A stretch of DNA of 32,574 nt from Rickettsiales bacterium (lineage in GTDB: Bacteria > Pseudomonadota > Alphaproteobacteria > Rickettsiales > UBA1997), in NCBI GenBank assembly GCA_947487845.1, contig CANKYC010000003.1, positions 1 through 32,574 on the forward strand, in the 5' to 3' direction. Both the position numbers and the translations under genes were made by a program. The notes beneath the pieces were generated by a model. That model worked only from the letters and a program-made list of their open reading frames with translations, did no database searches and was not told the DNA's origin. This document shows positions 6,579 to 16,333 of this stretch, one piece after another (the first letter of the stretch is position 1; every line of letters begins with the position of its first letter).

Positions 6579-7688
6579 TTAATTAAACGCTAATCTCAAA
6601 TTATTTTGGTAAGTAATCAAAGTTGTTTTTACAATTTCATCTTCAAGATTTATCGCAATTGAAGAGCTTTCTTTATTCACTAAAAGCTCGATAAAATTAT
6701 AAACATTTTTGGCAAAAAGTTTACTGGCATCCGCCGCAATTCTGCTTGGAAAATTTTCATGTCCAATAATTTTTACACCATCAATTTCGATAATTTTTCC
6801 AACTTGAGTTAAAGCGCAATTTCCACCATTTACCGCCGCCAAATCAACAATGATTGATCCTGATTTCATTGATCGAACCATGGCTTCGGTAATCAGAATT
6901 GGTGCTTTTTTGCCGGGAATTAATGCGGTTGTAATTACAACATCTTGGGTTTTTATAGTATCTTCCAAAAGTTGCTCTTGGAGTTTTTTATATTCTTCAC
7001 TCATTTCTTTGGCGTAAACTCCGTCAGTTTTTTCTTCGGATTTTACTTCGATGAATTTGGCACCAAGACTTTGAACTTGTTCTCTTGCTGATGTACGTAC
7101 ATCGAATGCACAAACAATTCCGCCTAGTCTTTTGGCAGTTGCAATTGCTTGAAGGCCGGCCACACCCGCTCCTAAAATCATAAATTTTGCTGCAGATATT
7201 GTTCCGGCAGCAGTCATCATCATCGGTACGGCTTTTGGCATTTCATAGGCAGCGTCGATTACGGAAACGTAACCCGCTAAATTGCTTTGCGAAGAAAGAG
7301 TATCCATGGTTTGAGCTCGAGTGATTCGCGGAAGTAATTCAAGTGCAAAAGCGGAAATGCCTTTTTTCGCGAAGTCAGAGATTTTATCTTTGTTAAAATA
7401 TGGGTTTAGAAGTGCGATGAAATTTACGTTTGGTTTGGTTTTAGTGAAATCGATGTCGGTGCGTTGGACCGAGATTATTACGTCGATTTCAGGGAGAATT
7501 TGGTTGATGTCAGCGATGATTTTGGCTCCAGCTTTTTCGTAGGCGGAATCAGATATTGAGGATTTAAGACCAGCGTTGGATTCGATGTAAGTTTCAATAT
7601 TTAGAGATTTGTATTTGGTGATGAGATCAGGAGTTAAAGCAACGCGGCTTTCGGAAGGGCGGGATTCTTTTAGGACTAAGAGTTTCAT
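6579..7688 (-). CDS. pntAA: NAD(P) transhydrogenase alpha subunit part 1 (domain I)
   Basis: ESRVALTP, PRITRAQTMDTLSSQSNLAGY, GAGVAGLQA, DGVYAKEMS and TTALIPG motifs; no membrane domain. Confidence 0.93.
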   Translation of the reverse strand: MKLLVLKESRPSESRVALTPDLITKYKSLNIETYIESNAGLKSSISDSAYEKAGAKIIADINQILPEIDVIISVQRTDIDFTKTKPNVNFIALLNPYFNKDKISDFAKKGISAFALELLPRITRAQTMDTLSSQSNLAGYVSVIDAAYEMPKAVPMMMTAAGTISAAKFMILGAGVAGLQAIATAKRLGGIVCAFDVRTSAREQVQSLGAKFIEVKSEEKTDGVYAKEMSEEYKKLQEQLLEDTIKTQDVVITTALIPGKKAPILITEAMVRSMKSGSIIVDLAAVNGGNCALTQVGKIIEIDGVKIIGHENFPSRIAADASKLFAKNVYNFIELLVNKESSSIAINLEDEIVKTTLITYQNNLRLAFN

Positions 7689-7820
7689 GGAGTTTATGAA
7701 TAGGATTTTTAAGATTTTTTTTAATCGAATTTGTTGGTGAAAAGCTTGGCTCTAGCAATCTCCACTAGAACAGTCCAAGAAAAGCTTGGCCTGCCAAGCG
7801 TAGCTCGCAAGAGCGAAGCT

Positions 7821-7907
7821 TGGTGCGGTCGAGAAGATTTGAACTTCCACGGGTTTTACCCCACAACGACCTCAACGTTGCGCGTATACCAATTCCGCCA
7901 CGACCGC
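7821..7907 (-). tRNA. tRNA-Leu(GAG)
   Basis: GCGGTCGTGGCGGAATTGG..., CAACG-TT-GAG-GT-CGTTG anticodon arm, long variable arm, encoded CCA. Confidence 0.95.
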
Positions 7908-7924
7908 ATATAACACTAGCGCGA

Positions 7925-10900
7925 TTAGCTAACTAGTGGTTTTAACCTGTTTAATGCAACGATGAACATTGCCAAATCTGGATTTGGCTGGGCTTTTAAA
8001 TCTAAGATGAAGCTGTCGAAACGCTCAACTAAAAAATCAGCAGATTTAATCCAACCATCCAAAGAATTATCTTCGCAAATTTTTTTATCGTCACTGCTAA
8101 AATCAACAATACGTTTCGCAATACGCATTTGGTAAGAATATAAATCTTCCAAAATTGTTTTGCTCGAAAGTTTTTGCCAATAATTTTCTGGAGCTTGTTT
8201 GTTTAATCTACTGCGTAACCATTTTAATGAAAATCTGGTTCCAACTGCGAAATAGATTTTAGCAATTGTTTTTAGATCAAAATTTGAAGCCGCAGAAATT
8301 TCGGCAATATCAAAAGCTGAAGCCACCGGATCCATAGCGGCAACTTTGCCAGCTAATTTGCGGTTCACATTATTTAAATGATATTTCTCGATTTTTCTTT
8401 CAAATGATTCGCGTGATGCTTGCGCCAAAACTTGTGACAAAACTGCTGATAATTCATCAGCAATTTTTCTAAAGCGCGTAACAATTGCAGAAAGGTTGCC
8501 TTTAGATTGATTGCGCAACAACCACATTACAGATCTTTCAAGCAACTTATTTGGGCTTAAGAACATTTGCATTTGAATATGCGAAGCTATTTTGCCATCA
8601 AGATTTTCAATTTCTTCCCAAATTTCACGAAGCCTGAAAGAACCACAAGCGATGATGAAACTTTTTACCACATCAACAATTCCAAAGCCGCTATCTTGGC
8701 ACATTTGATTAATGAAAGTGATACCGATTCTATTCACAATAAAATTGGTGATTTGAGTGGCGATAATTTCATTTCTTAATTGGTGATGAGCAATTTCATC
8801 AGCAAATTTTTCCTGCATTAATTTCGGGAAATAAGAAAATAGTTCGCTCTCGAAATATTTATCCTTAACTAAATCTGACGCTAAAATGTGATTGTAAATA
8901 TCCATTTTAGAATAGGCCAACATCACGCAAAGTTCTGGGCGAGTAAGACCAATTTTATCATTTTGTCTTTTATCAATTTCTTTTTTTGAAGGTAAAAATT
9001 CAATTTTACGATTTAAGAAACCTGTTTTTTCAAGCTTATCTAAAAACTGTGCCTGATCGTCAATTGCGGCAATTCCTTGTGAATAAGCGATTGAAATAGC
9101 TTGAGTTTGCAGGCGATTGTCACTTAGCACCAAATGCGAAACTTCGTCAGTCATTGATTCAAGAATTTTGTTTCTTTCTTCAAGAGTAACTTTTTTGCTA
9201 CGAAGAGCCGAAGTTAAAGCAATTTTAATATTTACTTCATGATCTGAACAATCAACGCCCGCCGAGTTGTCCATTGCGTCAGTGTTAATTCTTCCTCCAG
9301 TTAAAGCATATTCAATACGACCTCTTTGGGTGAAGCCAAGATTTCCGCCCTCACCTATAACTTTGCAACGAAGTTCGTTGCCATTGATGCGAAGTGAATC
9401 GTTTGCACGATCGCCAACTTCTTGATTAACTTCATCATTTGCTTTAACGTAAGTTCCAATTCCACCGTTCCAAAGAAGATCAACCGGCGCTTTTAAAATC
9501 GCCTGAATTAAATCATTTGGAGATAATTCATCTTCTTCAATTGCCAAAATAGCCTTGATTTCAGGTGTGATTTGAATGGTTTTTGCACTTCTTTCAAAAA
9601 TGCCGCCACCTTTGGAAATTAAGGATTTATCATAATCGGTCCAGCTTGAACGCGGAAGATTGAACATGCGCGTGCGCTCTTTGAATGAAGTTGCAACATC
9701 AGGATTTGGATCAAAGAAAATATGCAAATGGTTAAATGCGGCAACGAGCTTGATATGCTGGGAAAGCAACATGCCATTTCCAAAAACGTCGCCTGCTAAA
9801 TCGCCAATTCCAACGCAAGTAAAATCTTGAGTTTGAGTATCGATGCCCATTTCGCGGAAATGACGCATAACTGAAATCCAGCCGCCTTTAGCGGTGATTC
9901 CCATTTTCTTATGATCGTAACCAACTGAACCGCCAGATGCGAAAGCATCTCCAAGCCAGAAATTATATTCTGCAGAAATGCCATTGGCGATGTCGGAGAA
10001 AGTTGCAGTTCCTTTATCTGCTGCAACTACGAGATATGGATCTTGCGCATCATGCATTACAACATTTTGTGGATGTTCAATTTTATTATTTACGACATTG
10101 TCGGTTATGTCCAACAAACCGCGAAGGAAGTTTTGATAGCATTCAACTCCTTCTTTTTGAAGTTCGTCACGAGTAAAAGCACTAGTATCGCGCTTCAAGA
10201 CAAAACCACCTTTTGATCCAACTGGAACAATTACGGCATTTTTAGTCATTTGCGCTTTCATCAAGCCTAAAACTTCAGTTCTGAAATCTTCTTGACGATC
10301 AGACCAGCGAAGCCCGCCGCGCGCAACTTTACCGCCTCTTAAGTGAATTGCTTCAAACCTAGTTGAATAAACAAAAATTTCAGCGTGTGGAAGTGGAAGT
10401 GGAAGTTCGGGAACTTTTTTGCAATCAAATTTGAAGGAAACATAACCTTTAAATCCGCCATGTTTCAATGATTGATAATAGTTGGTGCGCAGTGTTGCTT
10501 CAATTACACCGAGCAATCTTCTGATAACTGAATCATCAGTTACATCTTTTACTTTATTTAAACCTTCACGGATTTGAGCAGCAATTTTTTCAGTTTTTTT
10601 ATTTCTTTCAGCCAAGGTGATTTTTAAGAACGGATCAAATTTTGCTTCAAATAATTCGACCAATAATTTGGTGATTGCAGAATATCTAACCAAAACATCC
10701 GCAACATAAGTTTGGCTAAAACGAAATCCAGTTTGATGAAGATATTTGCTATATGCGTTAAGCATGTAAACCTGCTTCCAATGCAAGTCAGCGGTGACGA
10801 CAAGGCGGTTTAAAAAGCCAACTTGCATCATATCTTGCCAAATTAATGAAACGGTTTTTTCAAAATTTAATTTAGTTTTTTCTGAAAATAAGTGACCTTG

Positions 10901-12760
10901 TTTGCTTAAGTTTAAATGGAAATAGTGAATCCAGACTTTGCGTTTGCTTCTGATTTTTTCATCTTCTTCCGCAGTTATAACGTAAGTATGTTCTTGAATT
11001 ACGTTAAAGCCGAAACTTTCTAAAATCGGCATGATTGAAGAAAGAATTAATTCTTTTTCTGGGCTAAAAATTTTAAGTTCGGTTACATCTTCGGGAAGCA
11101 AATCGGAAGATTTGTAAAGATTAAATAAAACTAAATTTTTTTGCAGACATTCTTCAATGCGTGAAATATCAATCGCGGCGCGCTTAGAATCGAAACGGTT
11201 GATGTAACTTACTGAGAAAGCATTTTTGTATTTAGCGTAAAGTGAAACACGAACTTCATCATCAAATTTGGCTTTGATTGATTCCAGCAAGTCATCGCTC
11301 CAAACTTTAGTCATTTTGGTAATTTGGCGCTCAATATCATTTTCATCAACAGTTGGAATTCCTTTATTGGTGCGAACAATTACGTGGAAACGAATTAGGT
11401 TTGAATCAGTGATTTGCACAAAAGAATCTGCAACTTCGCCATTATAAACTTGGGCAAGGTAATCTTTAATTTTATCGCGCAATTCAGAATTGCTGCGATC
11501 ACGCGGAGTGAAAATCAAGCAGCTAACGAAACGGTTAAATTTATCTTTGCGACCAAAGAAACGAACTTGTGAACGACCGCAAATCGCTACAATTCCGGTA
11601 GCATTTTTAAGTAAATCTTCGGAGCTAATTTGGAATAATTCATCGCGCGGATAAAATTCTAAAGTCGAAACTAAATCTTTGTAATTATGGCTGGCTTTAA
11701 TGTAGCCAGAATCTGCAATAACTTTATTAATTTTACCACGAATAAGTGGAATTGAAGCTGTGCTGGCGTGATAAGATGATGTAGCAAATAAACCGATAAA
11801 ACGGAATTCACCAATTACCTTTCCTTCAGCAGAAATTTTTTGAACACGAACTCTTTCTGCATTTGCAACTCTGTGAATTCTAGAGCGATAACGCGATTTT
11901 AAAACTTCGATTACATAAGGATTTGTAACTGAATCACTAACTTCTTCAAAAGAAGTATTAATAACTTCTGGTACAAATTCTTCATTTTCAGATCTAAAAA
12001 TTCCAAAACCGGAATTTTTAGCTTCTTCCAAAGCATATTCATTTTTTTTAACTTCGCGAACATCAAATTCTTTAGCACCAAGAAGGATAAAATTTCCGCT
12101 GGCGATCCAGTTTAAAAATTCTTTAATTTCATCAGTTTCTTTATTGATTTTTTTCGCATTATCAATTTGATCCGCAGCTTTATTAACAAGCTCAATCATT
12201 GGCTGCCAATCTTTTACAACCAAGGCAACATTTATCAAAATTTTGCTGATATTTTCTTGCAACATTTTGATATCTGATTCTGCGGTAAGCTTATCTAAAT
12301 GCAGCTGAATTATGGATTCTTGATGAGCAGTTTTAGAAGTAGAAATTTCTTCTAACTTTCCACTTTTACCACGGATTGAAGAATAAATCGGATGAATAAT
12401 ATTTTTAACGCGAATGCCGTATTTATCTAAATAGGCAACAGTTGAATCAACCAAAAAAGGCATATCATCATTAACAATATCCAAAAAAGTATAAGCTGAT
12501 TCGAAGCCATTTTTCTCAATTGTCGGATTGCAAATTCTGACTTTAAATTCACCCGGTTTTTTATTTACATAAAAATCAAAACTCAAAAGAGCCGCGTTGT
12601 ATAACTCTTCGATTGAGTAATTTAGAAAATCGCGCGAAGTGCTTGCTGAAAAAAAGTTTTTTACAAAAGTTGTAAAATCTTTTCCGTCAAAACCGACAAA
12701 TTGTTTTTTCTTTTGAGAAAAGTCGATTACTTGCGCGATTAAATCCTGCATTTTTTGCAT
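7925..12760 (-). CDS. gdhB: Large NAD-specific glutamate dehydrogenase (1611 aa)
   Basis: ARGGLRWSDR, KNAVIVPVGSKGGF, YLVVAADKGTATFSD, GYDHKKMGITAKG and DNSAGVDCSDHEVNIKI motifs. Confidence 0.96.
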   Translation of the reverse strand: MQKMQDLIAQVIDFSQKKKQFVGFDGKDFTTFVKNFFSASTSRDFLNYSIEELYNAALLSFDFYVNKKPGEFKVRICNPTIEKNGFESAYTFLDIVNDDMPFLVDSTVAYLDKYGIRVKNIIHPIYSSIRGKSGKLEEISTSKTAHQESIIQLHLDKLTAESDIKMLQENISKILINVALVVKDWQPMIELVNKAADQIDNAKKINKETDEIKEFLNWIASGNFILLGAKEFDVREVKKNEYALEEAKNSGFGIFRSENEEFVPEVINTSFEEVSDSVTNPYVIEVLKSRYRSRIHRVANAERVRVQKISAEGKVIGEFRFIGLFATSSYHASTASIPLIRGKINKVIADSGYIKASHNYKDLVSTLEFYPRDELFQISSEDLLKNATGIVAICGRSQVRFFGRKDKFNRFVSCLIFTPRDRSNSELRDKIKDYLAQVYNGEVADSFVQITDSNLIRFHVIVRTNKGIPTVDENDIERQITKMTKVWSDDLLESIKAKFDDEVRVSLYAKYKNAFSVSYINRFDSKRAAIDISRIEECLQKNLVLFNLYKSSDLLPEDVTELKIFSPEKELILSSIMPILESFGFNVIQEHTYVITAEEDEKIRSKRKVWIHYFHLNLSKQGHLFSEKTKLNFEKTVSLIWQDMMQVGFLNRLVVTADLHWKQVYMLNAYSKYLHQTGFRFSQTYVADVLVRYSAITKLLVELFEAKFDPFLKITLAERNKKTEKIAAQIREGLNKVKDVTDDSVIRRLLGVIEATLRTNYYQSLKHGGFKGYVSFKFDCKKVPELPLPLPHAEIFVYSTRFEAIHLRGGKVARGGLRWSDRQEDFRTEVLGLMKAQMTKNAVIVPVGSKGGFVLKRDTSAFTRDELQKEGVECYQNFLRGLLDITDNVVNNKIEHPQNVVMHDAQDPYLVVAADKGTATFSDIANGISAEYNFWLGDAFASGGSVGYDHKKMGITAKGGWISVMRHFREMGIDTQTQDFTCVGIGDLAGDVFGNGMLLSQHIKLVAAFNHLHIFFDPNPDVATSFKERTRMFNLPRSSWTDYDKSLISKGGGIFERSAKTIQITPEIKAILAIEEDELSPNDLIQAILKAPVDLLWNGGIGTYVKANDEVNQEVGDRANDSLRINGNELRCKVIGEGGNLGFTQRGRIEYALTGGRINTDAMDNSAGVDCSDHEVNIKIALTSALRSKKVTLEERNKILESMTDEVSHLVLSDNRLQTQAISIAYSQGIAAIDDQAQFLDKLEKTGFLNRKIEFLPSKKEIDKRQNDKIGLTRPELCVMLAYSKMDIYNHILASDLVKDKYFESELFSYFPKLMQEKFADEIAHHQLRNEIIATQITNFIVNRIGITFINQMCQDSGFGIVDVVKSFIIACGSFRLREIWEEIENLDGKIASHIQMQMFLSPNKLLERSVMWLLRNQSKGNLSAIVTRFRKIADELSAVLSQVLAQASRESFERKIEKYHLNNVNRKLAGKVAAMDPVASAFDIAEISAASNFDLKTIAKIYFAVGTRFSLKWLRSRLNKQAPENYWQKLSSKTILEDLYSYQMRIAKRIVDFSSDDKKICEDNSLDGWIKSADFLVERFDSFILDLKAQPNPDLAMFIVALNRLKPLVS

Positions 12761-12780
12761 AACTATTTGAAAATTATTTA

Positions 12781-13320
12781 TTACTTTTTGATAAGTGTTA
12801 CGACCATCTGCATCCCTTCCAGTCTAGGATTGATCTCGGGTTTAGCAAACTCTTCAGTATCTTTTAAAATATCGACCATCATTTTTTCAGCTAAATCACG
12901 GTGAGTAATTTCACGACCTTTCATTCTGATACTGATTTTTACTTTATTTCCCTTCTCAACAAACTCGATAGTATGTCTGATTTTCGTGTCGAAATCGGCC
13001 TTTCCGATATTGATCGTCATTTTTACTTCCTTCACCTCAACTACTTTTTGTCTTTTTTTAGCATCTGCAGCTTTCTTCTGAATTTCATATTTCATCTTGC
13101 CGAAATTGGCAATTTTACAAACTGGTGGCGCCGCATTTGGCGAGACCTCGATTAGGTCTAAATCCGCTTCCTGAGCCATTCTAATCCCTTCAGCCACCGT
13201 TGTGACTCCGATCATATTTCCATCTTGATCGATGAGCCTGATTTCTTTGGCTCTAATTTGATCATTAATTTTAAAAGGATTGTTTGAGCTATTTTGCTGC
13301 TGCGGTTTTACTGGAATCAC
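12781..13320 (-). CDS. infC: Translation initiation factor IF-3 (start GTG 13320 or ATT 13317)
   Basis: INDQIRAKEIRLID, DLIEVSPNAAPPVCKI and KGREITH motifs. Confidence 0.96.
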   Translation of the reverse strand: MIPVKPQQQNSSNNPFKINDQIRAKEIRLIDQDGNMIGVTTVAEGIRMAQEADLDLIEVSPNAAPPVCKIANFGKMKYEIQKKAADAKKRQKVVEVKEVKMTINIGKADFDTKIRHTIEFVEKGNKVKISIRMKGREITHRDLAEKMMVDILKDTEEFAKPEINPRLEGMQMVVTLIKK

Positions 13321-13393
13321 GAGGTTTTTTTTGATTGTTAAAAAAAGAGAAATTGAAAAGAATTTTCATAAACTAAAAGCGCTCCACTAAATT

Positions 13394-13744
13394 TCAACTT
13401 ATGAAATTGGAATAATGCTTGGGGAATAAAAATTTGTTAATTTCAATGAAATCAAAGCGAATATCATAATTTTGAAAATGAGGATTTTGTGAGATAAAAA
13501 ACTGCGCCGATTTTTTGATGCGATCAATCTGCTTGGGACGCAAAACCTCTTCGCTAATAATTTTTGAATTGCGCGCTTTCACCTCAATTAAAATAATAAG
13601 GCGCGATTTTTTGGCGATAATATCAATTTCACCAAAATGCGATCTGTAGCGCCATTTCAAGATTTTGTAACCTTTTAAGCGTAAAAATAATATCGAAATT
13701 CTTTCGGCGAGAATTCCGAATTGATGGGTTTGTTTTTTGGTCAT
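13394..13744 (-). CDS. yraN: YraN (UPF0102) family putative endonuclease
   Basis: GEIDIIAKK...IEVKAR and RFD motifs; conserved position next to rsmI. Confidence 0.9.
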   Translation of the reverse strand: MTKKQTHQFGILAERISILFLRLKGYKILKWRYRSHFGEIDIIAKKSRLIILIEVKARNSKIISEEVLRPKQIDRIKKSAQFFISQNPHFQNYDIRFDFIEINKFLFPKHYSNFIS

Positions 13745-13765
13745 TAGTTTTTTAAGAAAAATTAG

Positions 13766-14647
13766 CTAAGATTTTTTGCTACTTACTTCAAGCGCCAATT
13801 TATAAATCTCCTTTTTATTCATTGAATAAATTTCAGCCAGATTTTGTGACAAATCTTTTAAGCTGTGTCCTAAAAAAATCGCATTGGAAATTTCTTTTTT
13901 TAATTCTTCTTCGCTAAAAATTTTTTCATTTTTATCAGCTTTTTCAACCACAACCACAAACTCGCCGCGCAATTTTCCAGAATTTTCATCAAAAAATTTA
14001 ATCACGTTTTCCAACTCGTTTGTTACAATTTCTTCATGCATTTTTGAAATCTCGCGAGCGGCGCAAACATTGCGATTTCCCAAAGTTTTAAAAACCAAAT
14101 CGAGCGTTTCTTTAACGCGATTTGCCGATTCAAAAAACACAAATGTAAAATTTCTCGGCAATGATTTTAAAAGTTTTTCTTTTTGAATTTTGGAAGTTGG
14201 CAAAAACCCAATAAATAAAAAATTATCGCAAGCGAGTCCGGAAGCGCAAAGCGCCGCAGTCACACTTGATGCGCCGGGAAGTGGAATAATTTTTTGATTA
14301 AATTGGCGTAAAAAATTTATTAATTTATAACCCGGATCAGAAATTAGCGGCGTTCCGGCATCTGAAAGCAAAGCCAAGGATTTTCCCGAAAGCATTAAAT
14401 CGAGAATTTTTTTACGAGTTTTTTCATCGCAATGATCGTTGTAAGTAAGAAATTTTGCTTCTTTTAATTTATAAGCGGCAAATAATTTTACCGAAACCCG
14501 AGTATCTTCACAAATCACAAAATCAACATTATCCAAAACCTGCAAAGCGCGCAGCGTAATATCCGCCAAATTACCAATTGGCGTGGCTACAACATAAAGT
14601 GCATTTTCAAGTTTTATTTCTTGAGTTTTTAGAGAAAAATCTTGCAT
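13766..14647 (-). CDS. rsmI: 16S rRNA (cytidine1402-2'-O)-methyltransferase
   Basis: LYVVATPIGNLADIT, CEDTR, SDAGTPLISDPG and AREISKMHEE motifs. ATG 14647 preferred over the track's start at 14692, which would leave only 3 bp to the divergent gene. Confidence 0.94.
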   Translation of the reverse strand: MQDFSLKTQEIKLENALYVVATPIGNLADITLRALQVLDNVDFVICEDTRVSVKLFAAYKLKEAKFLTYNDHCDEKTRKKILDLMLSGKSLALLSDAGTPLISDPGYKLINFLRQFNQKIIPLPGASSVTAALCASGLACDNFLFIGFLPTSKIQKEKLLKSLPRNFTFVFFESANRVKETLDLVFKTLGNRNVCAAREISKMHEEIVTNELENVIKFFDENSGKLRGEFVVVVEKADKNEKIFSEEELKKEISNAIFLGHSLKDLSQNLAEIYSMNKKEIYKLALEVSSKKS

Positions 14648-14695
14648 ATTGCCCAAATATTTAAATTCACGAATTAATAATTTTCTTTTCAAATT

Positions 14696-15973
14696 ATGAA
14701 AAAACTTTCCCTGCTTTTAGTGTTTTTTCTTTTTAGCTGTCAATCAATTAGCAAAAAGATTGAATTGCTACAAATCCTCAAGCCAAGCGAAGAAACAGCT
14801 CCCGTTAAAACGCATCAACAATTTGAATCTCGTGATTTAGGTGTTGAACAATCACAACTAAAAAAAGTTCAAGTAGCATTATTTTTACCATTTTCAGGAA
14901 AGAATAAAGAGTTGGGATGGAGTTTGTTTAATGCCGCAACTTTATCGTTATTTGACAATGATCCAAATCATAATATTGAATTGATTTTGATTGATTCCAA
15001 AGAAACGCCGCAAGAAACTGCTAAAGCTTTCAAAGAAGTTATTGATCGCAAAATTAAAATTGTCATCGGGCCAATTTTTAGCACTTCGGTTGAGGCAATT
15101 GAAAAAGATGCTAAAGCCAATCAAATCACCGTAATTTCACTTTCTAACAATCAGCAACTAATTGGTAAAATTAATAATGAAGGCGGAATTTTTATCGCTG
15201 GAATGTTGCCTGAAACTCAGATTGATAAAATTGTTAATTATAGTTTGCAAAAAGCTAAATTCAGTTTTGCAATCATCGCACCAAATAATCAATATGGACA
15301 AACCATTAATGGTCTGTTCAAAAAAATGGTGAAAAACCGTGATGGCGATTTTATTACTTCCGAATTTTATGATCCAAGCGGTAAAGATTTGGATCACGCT
15401 GTTAACCGAGTGATTAATTCATTTTCGATTTCACCGCATTTAAAAAATAAAAAAGACGCAGTTATTACCGAGTCGGATCGCAATTATCCCAAGGTTATAA
15501 TTATTCCGGAATCAGGAAAAACTTTATCCAAAATTGTCGCGTCAATTAAAGAGCAAAATAAAGATGAAAGAGAATTTCAGATTGTAGGAACCAGCCAATG
15601 GGATGATGTTTCAACATTAAATGATTTTAACCTTGTTGGCGCATGGTTTCCGGCCCCGGAAAATGAAAAATTCCGCAGTTTTGAAAAAGCTTATTACCAA
15701 ACTTACAATAAATTCCCGCCCAGAATTTCTTCGATTATTTATGATTCAGTTTCGGTTGTAGCAGAATTATCAGACCGCAAAAAAGGCGAAGCGCCTATGG
15801 TTGCTGATTTTACAAACTACAGCAAATCTTCAAAAAATGGTTTTGATGGAATTGATGGTTTATTTAGATATTTGCCCAATGGCTTGGTGCAAAGGAATTT
15901 GGCGGTTTTAAAAGTTGGAAATGGTCGCTTTGAAACTATCGAAAAACCAGTGGAACAGTTTTTGAAATATTAG
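14696..15973 (+). CDS. Penicillin-binding protein activator LpoA/LppC-like lipoprotein
   Basis: Lipobox-like LFSC. VALFLPFSG, IVIGPIFS and FDGIDGLFRY...GLVQRNLAV motifs. Divergent from rsmI. Confidence 0.82.
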   Translation: MKKLSLLLVFFLFSCQSISKKIELLQILKPSEETAPVKTHQQFESRDLGVEQSQLKKVQVALFLPFSGKNKELGWSLFNAATLSLFDNDPNHNIELILIDSKETPQETAKAFKEVIDRKIKIVIGPIFSTSVEAIEKDAKANQITVISLSNNQQLIGKINNEGGIFIAGMLPETQIDKIVNYSLQKAKFSFAIIAPNNQYGQTINGLFKKMVKNRDGDFITSEFYDPSGKDLDHAVNRVINSFSISPHLKNKKDAVITESDRNYPKVIIIPESGKTLSKIVASIKEQNKDEREFQIVGTSQWDDVSTLNDFNLVGAWFPAPENEKFRSFEKAYYQTYNKFPPRISSIIYDSVSVVAELSDRKKGEAPMVADFTNYSKSSKNGFDGIDGLFRYLPNGLVQRNLAVLKVGNGRFETIEKPVEQFLKY

Positions 15974-15977
15974 ATTT

Positions 15978-16257
15978 TATATACCAAAGCTACTTGAAAC
16001 TCGAACATTTCACTTTGGCATAAGAATTGAAATTCGCAAAACCCCCCCAACCCCCCTTAACAGGGGGGCTTTATTCGAGTTTGATATAAAGCCCCCCTGT
16101 TAAGGGGGGTTGGGGGGTTTTGCGATGCTAAAATAAAATGATATTTTTTTTAAAATGAGATTTTTTTTAAAATGATATTTTTTTAAAAAATCCCACCTTT
16201 TAAAGTTAGTGAAATAGCAAAACAAACTGTTCGAGTTTCAAGTATCTTTGGTATATA
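15978..16257. mobile_element. 280-bp MITE-like element with 30-bp TIRs starting TATA and a nested G/C-run palindrome
   Basis: TATATACCAAAG(C/A)TACTTGAAACTCGAACA at both ends (1 mismatch). Internal palindrome at about 16033-16124. Confidence 0.75.
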
Positions 16258-16262
16258 TGTCC

Positions 16263-16316
16263 AAAAACAAGTTCAGGATGATAGCGTTTTTTGACGGTCA
16301 TCCTGAACTTGTTTTT
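16263..16316. repeat. 19-bp inverted repeat, a REP-family variant; probable terminator between convergent genes
   Basis: aaaaacaagttcaggatga / tcatcctgaacttgttttt. Confidence 0.7.
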
Positions 16317-16333
16317 AGGATCTATTTCGATTT

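Noticed and set aside
7742-7820. AAGCTTGG repeats and small hairpins after tRNA-Leu as an integration scar
   Set aside because: Too short, flanked by housekeeping genes and with no duplicated tRNA end; more likely a tRNA trailer structure.
7731-7913. 60-aa ORF
   Set aside because: Antisense to tRNA-Leu.
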